DNA of 64,000 bases from Nemertoderma westbladi. Lineage: Eukaryota > Animalia > Xenacoelomorpha. The notes below the pieces were generated by a model. The model saw nothing but the letters and a program-made list of their open reading frames with translations, was not told where the DNA came from and made no database searches. The position numbers and the translations under genes were made by a program. Every line of letters begins with the position of its first letter. The stretch's first letter is position 1. The stretch is taken from assembly GCA_032718475.1 (NCBI GenBank), contig JAUCBJ010007209.1, positions 13,829 to 77,828 on the forward strand, written 5' to 3'. Positions 1 to 13,379 of this stretch are shown piece after piece.

Positions 1-267
1 GGATGCTATTTAATAGTAATTCTTTAATTGTCAATATTCCCCTTATACATGATTTTATGAATTTTATCGGCTATTGACTGTACACTGGAGATTCTCTCAC
101 ACTAATATACTTAATAAGGTGAATCTCCGCGCCCATGATCTATTAATTAATGGAATTTTGGGAATGTTATAAATTGTATAAAATGACAATTTATCAAATT
201 CATGAGAGGATATGAATTTAAAATTTATTCCCGTGAATTTTATTATTTGACATTAAATAGACACAAT

Positions 268-633
268 TTTATTCCAGAACATGTCTGGGGACTAGGATCC
301 TTAATTCTAGAAATTTTGTCTTTTTAAGAGTATCGGTAAGTGCTACGATATCTTAATCGACTAGAATTTTAGAGGATCTAATTTTTAACAGATTTTGATT
401 TATAGACTCCCCAGAGTTAATTTATTAGCATTTACTCTATTGTAACATTTGTTTGACAGATTTTATAAATATTTATTAAATATTTAATATTTAAGATGGG
501 CACCGATTTATTCCAGAACATGTCTGGGGACGTTAACCACTGATTCTAGAATTTTGTCTTTCAAGTATATCGGTGGGTGCCGCGATATCTTAATCGACTA
601 GAATTTCAGATGGTCAAAGGGTTTAACAGATTT
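268..633 (+). repeat. Two diverged ~128-nt direct repeats (268-395, 507-633), each forming a long hairpin
   Basis: Both start TTTATTCCAGAACATGTCTGGGGAC and share CGATATCTTAATCGACTAGAATTT and TTAACAGATTT; the stems covary between copies. Confidence 0.85.
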
Positions 634-1212
634 ATTTGAAGATTCATTAACAGATTTGTTTGATAACATTATTAATATTAATAATGTTTGTTAATATTTT
701 GAACTTCAACGCTACTGTTAAATGGACATCATTCTACTATATGTATTATTTAATATACGGTATGAGAGCAATATTGCAAGAAGCAATGTCAGTGAGAAGA
801 GGCAAGTCGTTTCCACGGTCTACCCAGAGCTTGGTTTAGCCGAGAAACGAGGATCTGAACTTTGCATTCCTAATACTCTACTTACCAATAATACTTGAGT
901 ATAGTAGGGGCAGTATTTTGTACTTTAATAAGTACGGATATTTCATCTTACTGTAGTCACGTATTTATAGTATGATACGGACAGTAAGGAAAGAGAAAAT
1001 GAATTAATTCTCGCCGTTAAACGAAATATATTATGCTAAGTAATTAAGTAATAAACACGAATATATATTGCACTAATCTACTGAATAATTGCAAAATATT
1101 ATTATACTAAATAAAATTAAAAAAACGATTATAATAATAAAATTACTTAATAATACATACATAAATATAAAAATAATAAAAACATATAAAATAATGTAGA
1201 GTCCAGGCGCTG

Positions 1213-2574
1213 TTACGTTGGGGAGTCCCTAGATGTTTGTTGGATTAGGGAGGTGGTCGTGGGAAGAGTATCTTGCCTTCCATAGTTTCCGGATAACTCT
1301 CGGTCTCTTTCCAGTAAACATAAACGACCAACTGGGCGATTAAGTTGTTGTGTTTCGAATACAATTCCAGGTTTCTTAAAGTTACGTCGCATGACGACGA
1401 GTTCTACCGATCGCACTAAACCATCATCGGATATATGAGTCTCAATGATACGACCTGTCTGCCACCACTTACGTGGAAGATCTGATTCCACGATAAGGAC
1501 CATGTCTCCGGCGCTGACGTTTTCTTGCTGCGCAAACCACTTTATTCGAAGTTGTAGCGTAGGAAGATAATGTTTTTCGAAATGGTCAGCGAAACGACGG
1601 GATAATAACTGCATAAGTTTCCAAGTTTGTCGGCAGTATTCGTCTCCGTCCGTGATTTCCGATTGCGGGAGCATGGCTACAGGTTTCTTTAGTAGGAAAT
1701 GCGCGGGTGTCAGCGCTTCTAGGGAGTCGGGACTCGATGAGACTGGCATAAGCGGTCTCTCGTTAAGATAGGCGGCGATTTCTTCCATTAACGTCCGCAA
1801 AAGTTCGTCGGTGAGATACGCACGGCACGGCACTATAAAGTGAAATGCGGTCTTCACGCTCCGTATTAATCTCTCCCAACTTCCTCCCCACCAAGGGGCG
1901 TCGGCGGCGTTGAAGGTCCAGCTAGATGCTGTTACCCTTAGCTGATCGTCCACCTGTCTTTGGTTCCAATCTTTCACGTAAGCTTTGATCTCATTATTGG
2001 CGCCAATGAAGTTCGTTCCTTTGTCGGATCTCATAGTGTTGCTAGTCCCAAAACGAGCGATCTGTCGGCGTAAACTCAGTATGAAGCCATTGGTAGATAG
2101 ATCGTTCACCATATCTAGATGGATCGCTCTACAAGTCATACAGACAAAGATGACACAGCATCGCTTGACTATAGTCCTAGCACGATATACTTCAATAGGG
2201 CCAAATAAATCCACACCAGTATTAGTAAAGAGTGGTTCATAGAAGCTTACTCGTTCCCTAGGTAATTCTGCCTCTCGCTGTGTTAAAGGCCTACTAAATG
2301 CTTTCCTACAGGGTATACAGTTCCTAAGAACTTGGTTCAGAGCTCTACAGGGCTTATGGAAATAATAGCGAGTTCGAATTTCGCTAAGAACTCGTTCTCT
2401 ACCAGCATGGTAAAGTCTACTGTGAACATCTACAATCATCTTGATTTGTATTTCAAGATTTCTAATGAGTATGGGAAACTTAGTGTCAAAGGACAATGGA
2501 GCATTAGTTAATCTCCCTCCGACACGTATTAACCCATCTATCATTGTGCTAGAGAAACGATCCCTTAAGCGCAT
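1213..2574 (-). pseudogene. pol: BEL/Pao integrase
   Basis: HHCC zinc finger (HSRLYH...CIPC), GVDLFGP, SDKGTNF, APWWGGSWERL (DDE), ALTPAHFL, and C-terminal DGLVRSV. Confidence 0.92.
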
Positions 2575-2618
2575 CTCTGTGGATTTCTCAACAACAGGAA
2601 ATACTTATCGGAATCTTC

Positions 2619-4322
2619 CTAGCATTGCAGGAGTCTCAGTATCTGCTTATTGGTATCCTCATGCTCTTGGTAACTGATCTTCTCAGTCAGAAACCTGTCC
2701 AACACTTTATAAGTGGGAAGGTCTTTAATAACATGGACCTTTTCGGATATTATTGGAGCGATATCACTAGCGATCTTCGTCCTGGAATAATAAGGATGGA
2801 AACATCTTTTAAGGTACACAACGGCCTTGCAAAGCCGATTCCAGGAGCTATAATGATTGATTGCTCTCTGTAGGAGAGGGGAGAGTCCTTGCGAGACATC
2901 TGGTGTTCCAGATTTCCAGTCTCTTTCCCTGATTTCTATAACAGATTTATTCGTAGTGGGTGAGTTTAGATCCACAGCGTCGTCCCCGGAGATGTGTAGT
3001 ACAGACAGATCTATCACGGGTTTAAATAACTTTGATTTACTCGTCCGGGTTTTAGGTTTGACTTTCTCCGCTCCCTTGGCTTGTCTAATCTCCGCCGTGG
3101 TGAGATGAGGGGGCCATTCATCCTCTTCTTTACTTAGGAAGTCGGGTCCACCTAACCAGTCTGGAGTATCTATCAGTTCTTGAGGGGTTGCTCCTCTAGA
3201 GGCGATGTCGGCTGGATTGATCGTCCCAGGGCAATGTCTCCATTGATCTACATTAGAGCGACTAAGTATAATGGCTACTCTGTTGGTAACAAAGACGCTG
3301 AACTGACAGACTTCATTTGTTATATACTCCAGAACGAGTAAAGCATCAGTCCAATAGACAGTTTTCTCTAGTGGATAGTCGATCTGTTCTGTTACATTCC
3401 GGCCGATGGCTGTAGTGTAAAGAGCCGCCTTTAACTCCGCTCTAGGAACTCGTAGTTTGTTGTTTATTAGGGCCTTAGAGGTGACCAAGGCAACTTTAAT
3501 TCCATCCGGAGTTTCAACCCTCAGGTAGGCTACTATACCTATTCCCATATCGCTGGCGTCTCCAAGCACATGGAGTTGATAGGAATACATGGGGAGAACG
3601 TGACCAAAATATGAACGGGAAATCTTAAAGTTCTCGATGGATGGTAGAGAATCTTCCAATTTCATCCATTTCTTTAGTAGTTCTCCTTTAAGTGGATCAT
3701 CCCACGAGTGGTTTTTGAGCCACATTTGTTGCACTAAGCTCCGAGCAACTAATATAACTGGGCTAATGAATCCCAATGGATCGAAATAAGTGCTCAGGAT
3801 ACTTAGACAAATCCGTTTAGTTCTAACTGGATTATCTCGCTGTTTTAACTGAAAAAACAAGATATCTCTCTCCGTGTCCCATTTTAATCCAAGCGTCTTG
3901 GTTTCCGGAAGATCGTCCTTGATGAGGTCCAGATCTTTAACACATCGGTCTTCTACCGGGATCGATTCCAGAAACTCATGGGAGTTACTAGTGAATTTGG
4001 TTAGCCGAAATCCACCGCGTTGCAAGCACTCTACCGTTCCCTTGGCAACATCAATGGCTTCTTCCACCGATGGGAGGGACTTTAAATTGTCGTCCATGTA
4101 TATATCCTGTTTGGTGTTGTCGATAACTGCTTTAGAGAAGGCATCTCGGTTGTCATCGGCAGTGGTACGCACTACCGAACAAGCGTTTGAGGGGCTCGAG
4201 ATGATCCCGAAAGCCTGGATGGTCATCCAGTACTCCACCGGTTTTCGGTTGAGGTCTCCTTCAGGCCACAGAAATCGTAGGCTGTCTCGATCCCTATCCA
4301 GCGCCTTGACTTGTAAGAACAT
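2619..4322 (-). pseudogene. pol: BEL/Pao reverse transcriptase and RNase H (Pao peptidase A17 region)
   Basis: FGIISSP, IYMDD catalytic motif, TLGLKW, FDPLGFISP, LGDAS, VPRAEL, WTDA, NPADIASRG. Confidence 0.92.
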
Positions 4323-4482
4323 GCCTTCGATGTCCGAAGTGAATGCGATAGAATATTACCGCAGTCTTAATAATATTCCCAACAAAGATTGGAGTAAGTT
4401 GGGTCCCGGCAACAGTTCTGAATTCAGGGATTGACCCATGTAAAGGGCGGAGCCGTCAAACACTACCCGGACTTCGTTGGGT

Positions 4483-5637
4483 TTACCGGGTTTGGGAACG
4501 TAATGATGTGTTAAATAATACGTTCTCTCCGTTATGGGTGTTTCTTCCGGAACTCGCTCCGCGTATCCCTCTCATAAATTTCTTCAGTTGGATTTTATAC
4601 ATTTCCCTGGCTTGAACGTTAGCGGTCAGACGCCGATGTAGTTGTGTGATTCTCTTTTCTACTAAAGGTCGGTGATTTACGAAGCTGGGTTCTCGCCGTT
4701 GAAACGGAAGACCAATCTCATAGCGACCTTCGTCCTTCAGATAACGTGTAGTCGTTTCCTGAATCTGCTTGGCTCTCTCTTCCTCGACAGACAAGGCTTT
4801 GTCGCAGGAATTAGGCTCTACGGCTTCTTGAGTAAAGAATCGTATGGCGTGTTCATCGCGGATTTTGTTATTGTATCGATCTATCACTTTGTTTAATTCA
4901 TCGTTGTAGGTAAATTGTCCGCCATGTTGATTGATAAGATGGCATAGGTTGACTTGGTTTAACCAAGTTTGGTTCTCAGTGAGGAGATCGATGGTATTTT
5001 CCTCATCATATAAGTGGTTGATGTCGTCGTTGTCTGAGGAGTATGGAGTTTCCTCAGTTGGGGTTTCTTCCTCACTGATTTCTTCTTCCCATTCACTCAC
5101 CTGATGTATTCTTTCATTATGGAGTCTTTCCATTAAGGTCCTACGGGAAGGTCCAGTGAAGTACCAACCTACTCTCGTTCTTCCTGCATACGTCTGCAAT
5201 GGTTGCGGTCGAGCAGGCCGTTTTTCTAATGTCTCAAGAGCTTCGTGCGCATTTTGGCCGAGTAAGATCTGCACCCCTGGATAATCTGTGTTGAATCTAG
5301 GTATATTATGTTGCTGGGTAAAATGGTCTTCATCCCAGTTGTAAGGCTCCACTTGGCTAGTAGCAAAGTTCTTTATCGCCACCATTTTGACCGACCTTAC
5401 ACTATTCTCTCCTAGTTCATCCTGGGGAGTGGACAATGCACCCACGTAGTAATCTGTGGCTACTGTGGATTTCCAAACCTGCATAATTCCGGAAAGGTTC
5501 AACTTAGTTCGGAACTTGGGTTGTCCAGCAAAGATGTCTTCGGCTAGTTCTTTGTCAATAAAGGTGCCTGTACTGCCGGAGTCAAGGAGGGCGTTTACTA
5601 TCAAGCTCTTCCCTATCCCATGGACCCTCAGTTGCAC
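4483..5637 (-). pseudogene. pol: BEL/Pao aspartic protease and start of RT
   Basis: ALLDSGSTGTFI active-site motif, ILLGQN flap partner, GRYEIGLPF; frameshift near 4545. Confidence 0.88.
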
Positions 5638-5751
5638 TACAGGGAATTCTCGGATTCCGACAGATGAAGTTGGCGCTTTCCAAGATGGCTGTCAATCCGG
5701 AATAGTCAGTCGGGGATCTTCACAGTCTGTTTCAGTCTCGTACGTAAGTGC

Positions 5752-8700
5752 TCAATACACAGCGGTGTTGATCATATAACAGGATTCATTTTCGTTGGAG
5801 AATTCGTCCGTGTAGAATCCTTCCATCTCCGAACTGTGGTCAGTGTCGTTCACATCACTAAATTGGACATGTAGTTCGGGCTCACTTACCTGATTCGTGC
5901 GGGTTCTGTCAAATTCGGTGTGCAGCAAGATATGATGTTTCGCGCCGCACTTAGCACACTTCGTGTCTGAGTAACAGGTCCGTCTTTGATGTCCTCGTCT
6001 GAGGCAATTATAACACAACCGCTTATCCCACATGACATCACGTCTCTCCTTCAGGGATTTCTTCAAGAATTCATCATACCCACTCAAGCGATGTGGCCCG
6101 TCACACAATACACATGTTACTTACTTTAACTTGTGTTGTGTTGTGCACACTTGTTCTTTCTTTGGGCTTTCTTCCATGAATTCTCTTAGGAGACATAGGA
6201 GGAGTTGTTACCTGTTCTCTCCTGTCACTGGTTCGAGACTTAGATTTACTTACATCTTTCCTCGTTTCATTGACATAATAAGATCTTTCGGTGTCCTTAC
6301 CACTGTTCTCATCGTAGGAGGTTTGGCTTTCGCCATCATCCGTATAACACACTGGTGTTACCTTTCTCCTAGTAACGGGTTTTTCACTTACCTTACTTTC
6401 CGGTGTCTTCTCTCTGGACTGCTTTAGGAGCTATAATCTTACCTCTCCATTTAAGAATGACATGAGATCAGCCATGGTAGGGTCTCTTTGTTGCTGGTCC
6501 ATCATATAGAGAACCTTTTTGTCCCAGCGAGTACCTACTCCACCCTTTGGCAAAGTAGATGCTACGGCTCCAACAACCATAGAACTCTGGTATTCCTGAG
6601 ACTTACCTAACCAATCTAACTGTCTACAGATCTCCTGAATCTCATCGGAAAACTCTATAATCCCGCTGCTAAGAAACTTTCGGGGCGCTACTAATTTCGC
6701 ATATAAATACCTAGCTATGTTAGTCCTATTACCATACCTGATGTTTAGTGTATCCCAAACTTGTCTTAATCCGTCTGGATGTCCAATAAACTTTAACGCC
6801 ATTAACTTGGGAGGTCCTTCCAAGCACTCGATGAGGAATCAAAGTTTCTCTCCGTTAGATAGTACAGAGTTCTGTATGTTATCTTTATAATATTCATTAA
6901 AAGGTAACCATTTCATCTCATCTCCATTGAACTTGACGACCTCTCCCACCTTTACCGCCTGACGGGCTTCGGTTCTAGCCATTTGATGTGTAAAACTTTC
7001 TTGAGCCATAGTATTATTTAATATCGAGTTATCGGTATATAAATTTCTCGGATTATGATCAGATCTGTATGGGATATCATTATCAACGGGTTTATAATTA
7101 CCCTTAATAGGGTTTACTATAGGAGTTTCTACTTCACTAGCAGTATAGATGCGTGTAGGCTCCAAACCTTGCGCATGAAATACTTCAGACCTAACGGGTT
7201 GACACATTGTTACAGGGGGTGGTGGTATACCCATTTGTATATTTACTAATTTATCGCGCTCTAAAGCGATGCTTCGTTGTACTTCTTGCAACTCTAACCT
7301 ACTCTCTCTTACTGTTCCCTTTAACAGCTGAACAGTCCCTTCCAACTCTCGGACCTGCTGGGAAGACTGTTTCTTATTGTCCTCCAGCTGTCCGAGCAGC
7401 TGATTCATCCCCCGTCGTCCCTCGTCCACCCACTCAACCGCTGAGGCGGGAGCCCTCCAACATGGTAGCCGGGTGGCGCGTAGGGACGACGGGAGACAAC
7501 TCATTTATGTCTTGCTCGGCGTCCAGGACTGGATGTGATTCCGGGGCTTGTCTACTGGGCACAGGTAGTTTAGTACTGTGCAAAGGGAATTTAGAGTTGG
7601 GTTCTGGAAGTACAGGGGTCTCTATCAATGGAGTGGCTTTACTAACAGGCCTAATTATTTCGGGCTCATCTACTATAGTAGGGAGTCTTTCTACTCTAAT
7701 ATTTTGATCTGTAGGTACTTGATTACTTATGTCTACATTAGCTAGTTGCCTTCTCACCGCAGGAGATAAATTAGGTAACTTCTGACGGTGTGGCACTCTT
7801 CTACGTCCGCTTGAACGAGATTTATTACCTCTACCCTCAGGCTCTGTTGTATCACCCTCATCGGAGGAGGTAAATCCCTGTCTTTTGGGAGTAGATCGAC
7901 TCAGTAGTTGCATCTGAGTAGCTGCTCTCTGTTTATTTAAGTAATCTTGCTTCGCCTGAAGATTCTCCAATTCTAGTTGGGTTGTCGCTTCAGATGCCTT
8001 CCGTTCTGCTTCTGCCACTGCCGCCTTTCTTTCAGCCTCTGCCACTGAAGCCTTCCTTTCAGATTCTGCCGCTGCCGCTGAATAATAAATCGTTGATAAT
8101 CCGACAGATAGATGTCAATCGCATCCTTCTTCTGAGGTTTTCTGGATATCGCTTCGCCTTCCACATGAGAAAAAGTGGCGTCTGTCGATTCTCCATGGAT
8201 TGCTCGTTCAGTCAGCTGAACCTTCCATTGTGTCGTTCCCTGAACTTTAAGACTCACCCGTTGGAACCAAGTCTTTACAGCCACTTGCAACGACGTGTCT
8301 TGGCTTCTCTTCGAGGCCTCCTCAAAGGCTGAAAGTATTAATCTGATCCGTAAGATTCGTTCTCGCACTTGATATAGCAGCTCTCCCTGCTCTTGAGGTC
8401 CTAGTGATTGTTGAAATAGATGTTTTTCTAATCGTTCCAAGGAGTTGAAGAATCCTTGGACATATCCTGCTGCTGACCTCTTCCATACAGCTGGATCTCG
8501 AGTATCCCTTACTATCCCCATTCTGTATAAGTCCTCCCAGGCAGCTTCCGATAAGTTAAACGGGAGTCCGGGTCCGGGGAAGTTCCATTGCGTGTCTACA
8601 ATAGACCTTAGTTCCTCCATTGTGTATCCCGCATAACTGTCCCTGGTCGATCTCTTATTTCTCGTCCAATCGGCTTGATGTTCCTCCACAGCGATCAATA

Positions 8701-9079
8701 CTCTAGTGAGTACGGCCCAAGGAAGAATTAGAAGTGGATCTGGATAAACCGCTTCTGCAATCCTTGCTCCGATCTCGGGCGTTAACTCTTCAGTGTCGGA
8801 ACTACTAGAGTTATTCTGCCGTTGAGAAATAAGTTCTCGGCTCGGGTGCTGCTGCTGTTTAACAGCCGTCTCTTGGTCTCGCTTAACTTGAGATCTAGTG
8901 CCTATAATAGACCTATGATGCTTTACTAGCCTAGGGTCTGATACTACTACTGTAGGGATGATCTTTCTTACAGTAGGAGGGGACTTGGACTTTGGTCTTA
9001 GATGTTCGATACTTTTATCTGGGTCACAGATTGTTCTTTCTAGGAGACTATCTGACAGTGTTTGCTTTGTGTCAGACAT
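5752..9079 (-). pseudogene. gag: BEL/Pao gag, fragmented (ORFs 7973-9079, 7434-8045, 6839-7504, 6431-6823, 6101-6352, 5752-6108)
   Basis: Coiled-coil repeats (AEAERKA), KFNGDEMKWLPF gag motif, and the BEL-type Cys/His knuckles CDGPH, CYNCLRRGHQRRTC and CAKCGAKHHILLH. Confidence 0.85.
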
Positions 9080-10179
9080 GATTTATTTTACAGTTGAATG
9101 CCTACTACTATAACGACAGTTAAAGCAAGTCTAGAAGAATCAGTATCAACTGTAAACCTAGTAGTTAGTTACCGATACTGTTACTCAGTGTAACGTGATA
9201 TATAATATATTAAAATACCAGTATACTCTTACAGTATATATAAGTATTATTTACAGACTAGGATCAGTTACAGAATACCGGTATATAAGTTCAGTTATAT
9301 ATATCATATATATATCAGTTATAAGTTATAATATGCTTACCGTAAATACCAGTAATGTCAATTATTTAAGGGGGGGGGGGGGGGGGGGGGGGGGTAGCGC
9401 ATTTTCTGACCTAAAAGTCGAATTTTTGAAACATATCAAATCTGATGCAGAATTTCATGCTGAATCTAAATATGGAAACCGTTTTCCCATATCTTGCTTA
9501 GTTTTCGAGATATCTGGGATAGAAGATACTGGCTCCAATATATCGCGATATCGGTAAAGGCGATGAAGTTTGGGGTTTGCATTCAATTTCTGCATATTTC
9601 TGTGCTCAGTGGTGCTAATTGGATGTCTCCACGAGAAAGAGCACAAAATTTTAATTGAGAAGGTATTTTTTTATGATTATTGGACCTACTGATCAGTTTA
9701 TAATACAGCTTCAAGTCTCCGGAATGAAGACCGGACTCGAATAAGCGACTCTGCGGCCTTTGCGGGATTACACCGAATAGACTTATCGGTCATCGGAGAT
9801 TTTCAAAATGTATAATCTCCAGTTCTAGTGGTCGTACGGAGTTCGTTTTGGGCTCATTCGAAAGCTCTTTTCTCAGATACCAAAGTTCTCGTCTAAGCCT
9901 TCTTTTAAGACCTTCGTCTAAATTTTTTGTTCAATCGAAAAACATAACAATATAACATTTTCATTTGGTTCTACAACAATGCAATCCGTAATTCAGCCGA
10001 ACTTACTTAAAATCCCATATCTCTGATTATTGATATTAGAAATGATTCTCATTGATCTGCATCTTAAATATGTTACCAAATAATATTTTTAATAAGTATC
10101 ATAGTATACTTTATCACTAGATATACAATAATCGAGTCTTGATAAAAATTTATAGAACTATTATTATTGGATAAAAAAA

Positions 10180-10410
10180 AGTAAGCGGAAAACACCGCCT
10201 TTTTTTCACTCATTTTCAATTTAGCGAAATTCAACTATTCTTCTGTCCGAGTGGTTAAGTTTTAAAAGAGTTGGCAGGTTTGTAGCACGAGCAAAGCGAG
10301 TGTTAAAAAGCCAACGAGTGGAAAACTCAACACACGGGGGCAGAATACTGTATCTTAATTTCTCTAAAGAAAATGAGTGGAAAATAGTGATTTCCGTTAC
10401 GTTTTTATAT
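10180..10410. mobile_element. Palindromic non-autonomous element (Crypton-like MITE)
   Basis: Imperfect arms (CACTCATTTTC/GAAAATGAGTG, GTTGGC/GCCAAC) around a central ACGAGCAAAGCGAGT. Family assignment is by resemblance only. Confidence 0.5.
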
Positions 10411-10679
10411 CGAATATATGGTTTTATTTGAAAAAAAATCTCACGAGCGTTATCAATGTCTACGACGTATAATAATAATAATATTAAATTTTAATTGTGA
10501 AGATTAATTAAATTAATTAAATAATTTAATTTAGAAGATTGCGTGAGCTAGCTGTACAGTAAGCTGCTACCCGACAAGCCTTTTGGTCTGCATTATATTA
10601 TCATTTATGTACCAGGAACTTACTCAATTATATGAAAGTATGTATCAATTTGATTAAATTGTGTAGTACATAGTTCATT

Positions 10680-10870
10680 AAATTAAAAAAAAATAGTTAA
10701 AAATTTGTTAAAAAAAGTAAAAATTAGTTTAAAAAAGTTCAAATTTAGTTAAAATTAGTTAAAAAAAGTTAAAAATTAGTTAAAAAAAGTAAAAAAATAG
10801 ATTATAAAAAAATACTTTTTTTAACTAATTTTCTGGAAATTAGTTAAAAAAAGTTAGATTAATTAACTCA
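10680..10870. repeat. A-rich tandem repeat (~AAAAAAGTTAAAAATTAGTT)
   Basis: Directly visible degenerate tandem units. Confidence 0.7.
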
Positions 10871-13379
10871 ATTTTAAAAATATTAGTGAGAAAAGCCTTT
10901 TTCAAATAAAATAATGTTATTTGAGGCGCGAGCCACAATGTTGGCGAACTTATACTGTTAGGGGGTATGTCATTAACTGGAAATAGTTTGTTGCCGTTTT
11001 CGCGTTGTTAGATTTTGACATGCTAAAACTTGTCGAATTTAAAACTGCAGAGTTGAGAATTTACGGCTTCAACAGGACCAAGAGATGGTATTTTTGACTG
11101 ACTTTTAGACACCATATTTCTAATAGACTCCCGCTAGAGGGGTACAAGACAAGTACAAGACTAAACAAGGTGAAACTATTATAATCAATAATAATGTAAT
11201 ATCATTATTTAAATTATTAAATTAAATTATTATTATTATTAAATGAATTAGTATTAAATTAAATTAAATCATTAAATTGTCAAATTTGGGTGGGGGGGGG
11301 GTGGGTGGGTGAGAGGCACTGAATTATGACACAACATTTTATCATAACCACAACATAATATCAGCTATTTCCCAACCAAATTCAAATGTTTTTACATTTT
11401 TGGAATCATAATCATTTTAATGGGTTTTACTTTTCAACGGATGCCGTACGTATCCACGTATGTGCGTACGTATCCACGTATCTATATTACATTGAGCGAT
11501 TTCACATACCCGTATGAATACGCGTAGGTGAATACTGTTTCCTGATTGGTCCAGATAATTATTGTCAAGTCAACGGAGTCTCTGTCAGTCTGTACAGTAT
11601 CTGTTGGCCTATTATTACAGTACCATGGTGTTTTGCCTTATGTATGGTACAGCATTAGTCTGTCAGGTAGTACAATTATTACTGTAGTCAGGTAGTATGT
11701 CAGTGTCAGTCGGTGTGTTATTTTTTGCATTGAGATAGTGAATTTTATTTTCAGTGAGTGCCGTTCAGCCGTTTTATTTCTTCCATGGTCTTCGGTCAGT
11801 GAGTTGCATTGTGTTACATTTGTTACATTGTGTTACATTGTGTTACCATTATTAAGGGACTGAGGGAAGCCCTATTGTGTTGTACTGTATATACGCTCAC
11901 TGAGATACCAGCAGCCGTCGAGTCAGACATCAATAGAATCAACTCACCTTAAATTTACTACAGGATGTGTCTCCTTGTCTGTGTCACTAATGAACTGCAT
12001 GCATACGCCCCATGTTAAATAAATACATATTCTGGAAGGAATATTTACGACATTGGCTGCCGCTCCCATTGAGCTACTAAGGGCCGTCCTACTTTGTTTC
12101 ATTATTAAATTGAATTATTAAATTAAATATATATTTTTTCTGGAATGAATATTTATGACATGGGCTAGATATAAATAACGGTAGTTAATAGATTGTGTTC
12201 CAAGCCCTAGGTGATTACGCCATTCCGAAAGAGGCGACTATTAGGACTGTTTATACAGTATCATTGAAAGAGAGTGGAAGAAACTAGTAACAGAAGGCAA
12301 TAATTCGGTGAAGATGTTGAGTTGATGTGAGTATCCATATCAGGCCCGTATGGTGACCATAATATCTGGGGGGGGGGCGGAGCGGCAGACGCCATAATCT
12401 GGGGGGGGGGGGGGGGCATACAGCAAAGATAGTTGAGAGTTAATTTAGTTCATAAAGTAAAATCAATATTGTTGAAGTGTGTGGGGCGAGCCACGAAGTT
12501 GGCGGAGCCTTGGCGAGCTAACACTCTGTTAAGTGAGTGGGTCAATAATAGTTGTTGTCGTTACGATTTTGACATGCCAATAAATTTGTCGGATTTAATT
12601 ACAGTAAAGCTGTCGAGTTGACAATTTGTAGGCATAAATATGTCCAAAAGTTAAGGTTGAAGTTACAAAAAATAATATTTAGATATAGATACCAGAGCAA
12701 CAACCATCATCGCCTAGCCTATTAGCTGCAAGCTGGCTACAAACAATGGGTCAACAACGAACAACCCGCCCCAGTAGCCAATGAGAGAACCTAGATTATA
12801 ATATTTAGCTGCAGTATGATAGGCCTAGAGTAGTGTAATTGAATCGCTATCAAAATCTATAAATATATGCGGTCTGCCAACAAGTTTTCCAGCCCTGAGT
12901 GTAGCAACATGTAATTCGGCACAGGCTGCTTTGGCAATGCCAGTGCCATTAAAATTGGACCAAAAGGAATGGTGGGGAGTCAGGTCAGTGGGTAGAAGTA
13001 GTAGGCTATGTGAATCTAATAATATTGATTACCAACAACCATGACTGTAATAAGACGACGTGTTATTAATAAGACAAAAGAACAAGACATGACGGGGGGG
13101 GGTGGGTCTTGTCTGGGGGGCAATGCCCCAAAAGCCCCCCCCCCCCCCCCCCCCGCACGGTACGGTCCTCATCCATATACAGTACAATATATCGTCTGGT
13201 AATAACATTTTTCGTGTGTTCAATAAAACAGCAAAACGGGTTTCAACACATATATTACATACAGTACAGTATTAAAAGCTTGGCTCCGGCTTATTTTTCG
13301 CCCCCCACTGGCCTGTGCGCGCCCGGGTCGACTCCCCCCCCCCCCCCACGCCACTGCCACTGGTGATTAGTATATAATA

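Larger units (their letters stand above)
1..9360 (-). mobile_element. BEL/Pao-superfamily LTR retrotransposon internal region, decayed; LTR pair not identifiable in window, ends approximate
   Basis: Collinear minus-strand ORF fragments in gag-PR-RT-RH-IN order with BEL/Pao signature motifs, broken by several frameshifts and stops. A purine tract AAGGGGAA at ~37-44 (minus) may be the PPT. Confidence 0.9.

Noticed and set aside
268-633. Hammerhead, hairpin or HDV ribozyme call for the duplicated hairpin
   Set aside because: No CUGANGA/GAAA core. AGAA and GUC words are present but the required flanking helices are not; kept only as an unassigned structure.
9868-9885. Possible primer-binding site TGGTATCTGAG (minus) for the BEL element
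   Set aside because: Only a partial match to Met-initiator-type PBS, and no adjacent LTR matching the window start could be found.
11948-12031. Possible further minus-strand exon of the TPR gene (AG...AG|GTGAGT, open frame)
   Set aside because: Translation shows no TPR or other similarity; may be chance.
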